Of a stretch of DNA of 64,000 nucleotides, positions 58,973 to 64,000 are shown piece after piece. Below the pieces are notes generated by a model. The model did not search any database. It saw nothing but the letters and a program-made list of their open reading frames with translations, and had not been told where the DNA came from. The position numbers and the translations under genes are program-made. Origin of the DNA: a bacterium (GTDB lineage Bacteria; Patescibacteriota; Minisyncoccia; Moranbacterales; DUUL01); assembly GCA_018675685.1 (NCBI GenBank), contig JABGXP010000002.1, forward strand, positions 14,367 through 78,366. The letters run 5' to 3'. Every line of letters begins with the position of its first letter. The stretch's first letter is position 1.

Positions 58973-60754
58973 ATGGATGCAAAGGAACAAGTAAAAGAAA
59001 ATCTCACAGTTGCTGATTTGGTTGGTGAGTATGTTAAGTTGGACAAGGCTGGGATTAACCATAAGGCTTTATGTCCTTTTCATAATGAAAAAACTCCATC
59101 TTTCATGGTGAATACAGAGAGAAATTTTTGGTATTGCTTTGGTTGCCAACGAGGTGGTGACATCTTTTCTTTTTTGATGGAAATCGAGGGACTAGACTTT
59201 CATCAGGCACTAATTCGTTTGGCTGAAAAAACCAATATCGAACTGCCAAAATTTCAAGGAAAGGTCAGCGTTGAAAATCGAACAAAAAAGCAGAAAGCAA
59301 GTGAAATTTTGGAAATTTCGACAAAAGTATACTCAAAGTATTTAAAACATCCCGAAATTGGCAAAGTAATTCGAGAATATCTAAAGAAGCGCAAGATTGA
59401 TAAACAGCTAATCTCGGATTTTCGTATTGGATATGCCCCAAACGAATGGCGGAAGATACTCAAGTACCTTAGAAATAAGGGATATTCAATTACTGAAATT
59501 GCTGATACCGGTCTTTCTGTTCCAAAGGAGAGTGGAGAGGATTATGATAGATTTCGTGATAGGATCATGTTCCCTGTCATCAATGAGACAGGAATTGTTG
59601 TGGGATATTCTGCAAGAGTTGCTCCAGGAGGGGATGAGAAGAGCGCGAAATATATAAATACTCCTCAGTCCCTAGTTTATGATAAAAGTCGTGTCCTTTA
59701 TGGGCTTTATCAGGGTAAAGCGGCAATCCGCAAGGAAGACTCTGTGGTTGTGGTTGAGGGTAATGTAGATGTGATTGCTTCACATTATGCTGAGGTTAAG
59801 AATGTAGTTGCAATTTCAGGAACAGCCCTATCAGTAGAACAGGTTAGGATTTTAAAAAGATATACTCAGAATGTAAAATTATGTTTAGATGCTGATGAGG
59901 CTGGACGAAAGGCGACAAGCAGAAGCATCCAAACGTGCCTACAGGAAGGAATGGAGGTTGAGGTAATTTTATTGCCAAAGGGGATTAAAGATATAGGTGA
60001 CTTGGTTATAGATGAAGCAAAGAATTGGAAAAATATTTCAAAAAAGACCATCCCCGTGATAAAATATTTTTTCGAAGAGTCATTCGCGAAAAACGATTCA
60101 AATGATGTACGGGGTAAGAAAAACATTGCCAAGGAATTATTGAATATCATCAAGGACATCGCTGACCCGATTGAACAAAGTTATTGGATTAAGAAATTAT
60201 CACTCAAAATTGACATTGAAGAGGAAGTGTTGACTAATGTTTTGGAAAAGGTTAGTCTGAAGAAAGATATTGTTGGTTCTTCAAGAATTGAGCAATTAAG
60301 TCAGGAAAATACCACAGAAAGATCGAATAAACCCAAGGGAGCTGTCTTAGAAGAGAGACTTCTGGGTTTGTTTGCTTTATTTTCCGAGGAGTTATCTGGT
60401 GAAGTGAAGATTTTCAATACTGAGTTATTAAGTGAAGAGAATCAAAAAATCTTTCAGAAACTTAAGACGAAGGACGTTGACGACGAATTGAATCAACAGT
60501 TGAATAAGTCAGCTTTGCGCATCAAGTATAGCCACGATAAAGTGCAAGGGTTTATCGAGAATGAAATTGACCCAAAAATAGAATGGAACAACGTTATTTC
60601 CAATCTAGAAACAGAGTCGATTGACAGAAAAATGAACCTGATTAAAAAGGATATTCAAAAAGCTGAAGAGCTTGACGATGATGCTAGTGCTGAAATTTTA
60701 CAACAAGAATGGACAATTTTAGCTGAAAGAAGACAGAAATTGAAAGGTTTCTAG
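58973..60754 (+). CDS. dnaG: DNA primase
   Basis: CPFHNEKTPSF, CFGC, DRFRDRIMFP, KYINTP, VEGNVDV, DAD. Confidence 0.97.
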   Translation: MDAKEQVKENLTVADLVGEYVKLDKAGINHKALCPFHNEKTPSFMVNTERNFWYCFGCQRGGDIFSFLMEIEGLDFHQALIRLAEKTNIELPKFQGKVSVENRTKKQKASEILEISTKVYSKYLKHPEIGKVIREYLKKRKIDKQLISDFRIGYAPNEWRKILKYLRNKGYSITEIADTGLSVPKESGEDYDRFRDRIMFPVINETGIVVGYSARVAPGGDEKSAKYINTPQSLVYDKSRVLYGLYQGKAAIRKEDSVVVVEGNVDVIASHYAEVKNVVAISGTALSVEQVRILKRYTQNVKLCLDADEAGRKATSRSIQTCLQEGMEVEVILLPKGIKDIGDLVIDEAKNWKNISKKTIPVIKYFFEESFAKNDSNDVRGKKNIAKELLNIIKDIADPIEQSYWIKKLSLKIDIEEEVLTNVLEKVSLKKDIVGSSRIEQLSQENTTERSNKPKGAVLEERLLGLFALFSEELSGEVKIFNTELLSEENQKIFQKLKTKDVDDELNQQLNKSALRIKYSHDKVQGFIENEIDPKIEWNNVISNLETESIDRKMNLIKKDIQKAEELDDDASAEILQQEWTILAERRQKLKGF

Positions 60755-60813
60755 GATGGATTCTTTCGGTTGAATCTTAAAAAATATTTTTTACTCTTAA
60801 CTTCCATAGTGAT

Positions 60814-62058
60814 ATGACAAAAAGTGTCAAAGGTGCTGAAAAAACAGCAAAAAAAACAAAGAAAGTTATCAAGAAAGTACCTAGATCAGCCAAGGAAAGA
60901 AAGGCAATGGAAGCTAAAAGAGCCCCATTAAAAAAACTGCCTCAAAAGATGAGAAATGCGAACAAGAACCTAACAGAGGCAGACGTCTTAATTGAAAGAG
61001 GAAGACAAAGAGGTTTTATTACCGAGGATGAAATTTTGCACTCAATGGGGAGTGTTGAGGAAAATCTAGAAGAATTGGAAGTAATTTATGATAAATTGGA
61101 GGATTTAGGGATAAAACTCGTTACATCTGAAGATGTAATTAAGTCTGAGATTGAAAGAGAAACCGATGTAAACCCCAAGGAGAAAAAGAAGAAAGCAGAG
61201 GCAAAACAAAGACAAATGGCTCAAAGCAATTCGTCTGATTCAGTGCAAATGTATTTAAGAGAGATTGGACGAGTGCATCTCTTAAGTGCGGAAGACGAAG
61301 TTTCTTTAGCAAAAAGAATTGAAAAAGGCGATCAATCAGCAAAGAAACGCTTAACAGAAGCAAACCTTCGATTGGTTGTTTCAATTGCCAAAAAATACGT
61401 AGGAAGAAGTCACAACCTTTCGTTTTTAGATTTGATTCAAGAGGGGAACATTGGACTTTTTAGAGCTGTTGAAAAATTTGATTATCGACGTGGATATAAA
61501 TTTTCTACATATGCAACATGGTGGATTCGACAAGCGATTACACGTGCAATTGCTGATCAATCAAGGACGATTAGAATTCCAGTTCATATGGTGGAGACGA
61601 TCAACAAATACATTCAGGTAGTCAGAAGGCTTGTCCAGGAATTGGGCAGAGAGCCGTTGCCGGAAGAAATTGCGACTGAAATGGATATCGAAGTTGATAA
61701 AGTTCGACACATTATGAAAATTTCACAAGATACAGTTTCTTTAGAGTCATCTGTTGGTGATGGTGACAACGAGAGCGTCTTAGGTGATTTCATTGAAGAC
61801 ACAGAATCAATCATGCCGCATCAAGAAGCAGCAAGAACATTACTCAAGAACCATATTAATGAAGTTTTGGAGGATCTTACTCCTCGTGAACAAAAGATTT
61901 TACAAATCCGCTTTGGGTTGGAAGATGGCGTGACTCATACGCTAGAAGAAGTTGGACAAGAATTTGGTGTGACTCGCGAGAGAATTCGTCAAATTGAAGC
62001 AAAGGCGCTGGAGAAGATTAGAGAGCAAAAAGGAATTCAGAAACTTAGAGATTACTAA
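60814..62058 (+). CDS. rpoD: RNA polymerase sigma factor RpoD
   Basis: [42 protein letters not shown]; follows dnaG. Confidence 0.97.
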   Translation: MTKSVKGAEKTAKKTKKVIKKVPRSAKERKAMEAKRAPLKKLPQKMRNANKNLTEADVLIERGRQRGFITEDEILHSMGSVEENLEELEVIYDKLEDLGIKLVTSEDVIKSEIERETDVNPKEKKKKAEAKQRQMAQSNSSDSVQMYLREIGRVHLLSAEDEVSLAKRIEKGDQSAKKRLTEANLRLVVSIAKKYVGRSHNLSFLDLIQEGNIGLFRAVEKFDYRRGYKFSTYATWWIRQAITRAIADQSRTIRIPVHMVETINKYIQVVRRLVQELGREPLPEEIATEMDIEVDKVRHIMKISQDTVSLESSVGDGDNESVLGDFIEDTESIMPHQEAARTLLKNHINEVLEDLTPREQKILQIRFGLEDGVTHTLEEVGQEFGVTRERIRQIEAKALEKIREQKGIQKLRDY

Positions 62059-62086
62059 GTAAAAAATTTGACAACTTTTGAATTTT

Positions 62087-62122
62087 AGTCTCTCGGAATT
62101 TTCACCCCCGAGAGACTTTTTT
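62087..62122 (+). terminator. terminator after rpoD
   Basis: agtctctcgg...ccgagagactttttt. Confidence 0.7.
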
Positions 62123-62206
62123 ATTAGTTTTTTTATGTACACCCAAAACCCCTTAATAAGGGTTTTTTTCTTATAGAAAACTCTTTTGATGCGCCTTGAA
62201 AAAGTG

Positions 62207-62235
62207 TTGCCTCGAAAAATAAAAAATGTTATAAT
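62207..62235 (+). promoter_or_regulatory. sigma70-type promoter
   Basis: TTGCCT, 17 bp spacer, TGtTATAAT. Confidence 0.6.
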
Positions 62236-62265
62236 GAGCTTAAGTTAAAGACACCAATTTTTTGT

Positions 62266-62955
62266 ATGGCATTTCAAAAAAAACACAAGGAAAACAAAAC
62301 GTTTTTCAGCGGAGCATTTCGTGCTATTGCTGAGATTTTTGCTATCTTTATTTTTTTAGTTTTTGGAATTTCATTCGCAGAAAATTTTTACAATCGATAT
62401 CAGGAAATTGAGAGTGGTTCAATTACACCTGGAATTAGTTACGCTCGACCGACAAGCCTTAGAACTGTTGTTTTAGGGGATGAAACAGAAGATTCTGTAT
62501 TCGAAGAGCCAGTCTTTAAAAGTGAGAATTATCAGATTAAACAAGTAACTTTTGGTGGAGACATAACAATTCCACTTGATGACGCGCAAAACAGGAGCCT
62601 GGAAATCGAAGATGTAATTAGTGAACTTTTAACAACAAGTGACCAAGAAGACGTTAAGCTTGTTGTTTCTTGGAAAACAAACAAGCCTGCAATATCTACA
62701 ATTGATTACGGAAAAGACTTAAATAGCGCGAAAGAAACGATTGAAGAAAGCAGTTATGGATTTACGCACAGCACTATTTTATCTGGGTTGGATTACTCAT
62801 CAGCATATTCATATACGATTAAAACTAAGGATAGATGGGATAATGAGTTTGATTCAAAGGAATTCGCTTTTTACACAGGAGCACCAAAGGTTTCTTTGAT
62901 AGATTTGCTCTTTGGAGCGTTTGCAGATGTGTTCGGTTGGGCAGTTAAAAAATAG
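62266..62955 (+). CDS. membrane protein with fibronectin type III-like domain
   Basis: TM; VSWKTNKPA..IDYG...HSTILSGL...YSYTIK.KD..DN FN3-like pattern. Confidence 0.75.
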   Translation: MAFQKKHKENKTFFSGAFRAIAEIFAIFIFLVFGISFAENFYNRYQEIESGSITPGISYARPTSLRTVVLGDETEDSVFEEPVFKSENYQIKQVTFGGDITIPLDDAQNRSLEIEDVISELLTTSDQEDVKLVVSWKTNKPAISTIDYGKDLNSAKETIEESSYGFTHSTILSGLDYSSAYSYTIKTKDRWDNEFDSKEFAFYTGAPKVSLIDLLFGAFADVFGWAVKK

Positions 62956-63082
62956 ATAAAAATAGATAAATAAGCCTTAAAAACAAATAAAAATGTAATA
63001 CAAAATATCGGAAAAATAAAGCCAAAATGCCATACACGTTTTATAGCCTTCTGATAGTTTTATACAAAAAATTTAAGAATAA

Positions 63083-64000
63083 GTGAAAAAATTCAAAAAT
63101 AAAAACAATTTATTTTCATTCATTGCCTACGCAACGTTTGCTGTTGTGGTTGTTTTGTGTTGTCTTTTCTCATTAATGTCTGAAACAAAAGCTCAGACAA
63201 GCGCAGACTTGGATGTCTCAGCATATCTTCTCAATGCAAATAACGAAGCTATTCCAAACGGAGAATACGAAGTTAGATTTGCACTATACGTGACAGATAG
63301 GGCGTCGATTGACCCTTATCCTTCAGAAACAGACTTTATGATTTGGGAAGAAACCCAAGCGATAACAGTCTATAATGGTCTTTTAAAAGCATATCTTGGA
63401 GAACAAACACCATTGCCTGCTTCAGTTAATTTTGCGACAAGACAATATTATCTAGGGCTTAGAATTGGTGAGGACAGTGAGATGGTGCCAAGAAAAAGAA
63501 TCGCTTCAGTACCACTTGCAAGAAATGCAATCGGCTCCTTTACTGCAAACAATGCTCTTACCTTGAATGGTGCTAGGGCTGGAACTTCCGCTGGAAATAT
63601 CGTAGTACTTGGCTCTGATGGAAAGATAGATTCAAATTTCTTTTCAGTTGAACCAACCGATACTAGCAATTTTGTTGAGGACGATGATGATCGGTTGCAC
63701 GATCAAAATACCGACACAGGAACAAGCGAAAGAACCTTCGTTCTTGGTGATGGTGCGGGGTTGTCAGGTAATTTCGATTTAGCCATTTCTAATACCTCAG
63801 GAATGCCAACACTAAGGTATAATTCTACAACTGCAACTTGGCAACTATCAAATGATGGTTCAAATTTTAGCAATATTAACACAGGAACCTCCGGGAATTT
63901 TCTACCACTGACTGGTGGATCAATGACAGGTAATATTATTTTTGCACCAACACAAACAATTTCAAGTACAATAATCTCGGGAATAATGAGCCCAGCGCAG
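63083..64000 (+). CDS. large secreted or anchored protein with tail-fibre-like motifs; runs off the window
   Basis: GTG 63083, signal or TM segment, VRFALY..IWEETQ..YLGLRIGEDSEMVPRKRIASVP, FLPLTGGSMTGNI; no stop before 64000. Confidence 0.75.
   Translation, partial: MKKFKNKNNLFSFIAYATFAVVVVLCCLFSLMSETKAQTSADLDVSAYLLNANNEAIPNGEYEVRFALYVTDRASIDPYPSETDFMIWEETQAITVYNGLLKAYLGEQTPLPASVNFATRQYYLGLRIGEDSEMVPRKRIASVPLARNAIGSFTANNALTLNGARAGTSAGNIVVLGSDGKIDSNFFSVEPTDTSNFVEDDDDRLHDQNTDTGTSERTFVLGDGAGLSGNFDLAISNTSGMPTLRYNSTTATWQLSNDGSNFSNINTGTSGNFLPLTGGSMTGNIIFAPTQTISSTIISGIMSPAQ

Overview
AT-rich bacterial chromosome segment using the standard genetic code, most consistent with Patescibacteria/CPR (Parcubacteria-like). 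That taxonomic call is an inference from gene content: type IV pilus loci with no secretin in view, mostly Shine-Dalgarno-less genes, LemA-HtpX, and a tail-fibre-like surface protein. Housekeeping genes include ychF, rmlA, galU, murC, tsaE, ung, maf, clpC, comF, pyk, dnaG and rpoD. RNA genes are RNase P RNA and three tRNAs (Arg-TCT, Ser-GCT, Ser-GGA). An accessory block spans about 25-35 kb. There are two separate type IV pilus clusters, each with its own pilM-pilN-pilO set. The best candidate for an undescribed system is a modular pilus-tip adhesin repertoire. Locus 2 has a PilX-like minor pilin fused to a miniature FGE/C-type-lectin (CLec)-fold domain, followed by two free membrane-anchored paralogs of that domain. 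Locus 1 has a vWA protein ending in a PilY1-like WRE tail, next to a large PilX-like protein with a Cys-bracketed Trp-rich loop. Other notable signals are a boxA-like, micro-ORF and hairpin leader ahead of a very divergent FBPase/IMPase-superfamily gene, a shared covarying trailer behind both tRNA-Ser genes, an inverted tRNA-3'-end repeat, and several long perfect palindromes. No integrase, reverse transcriptase, transposase or CRISPR array was seen. All protein family calls come from motif recognition by eye, not from database searches.
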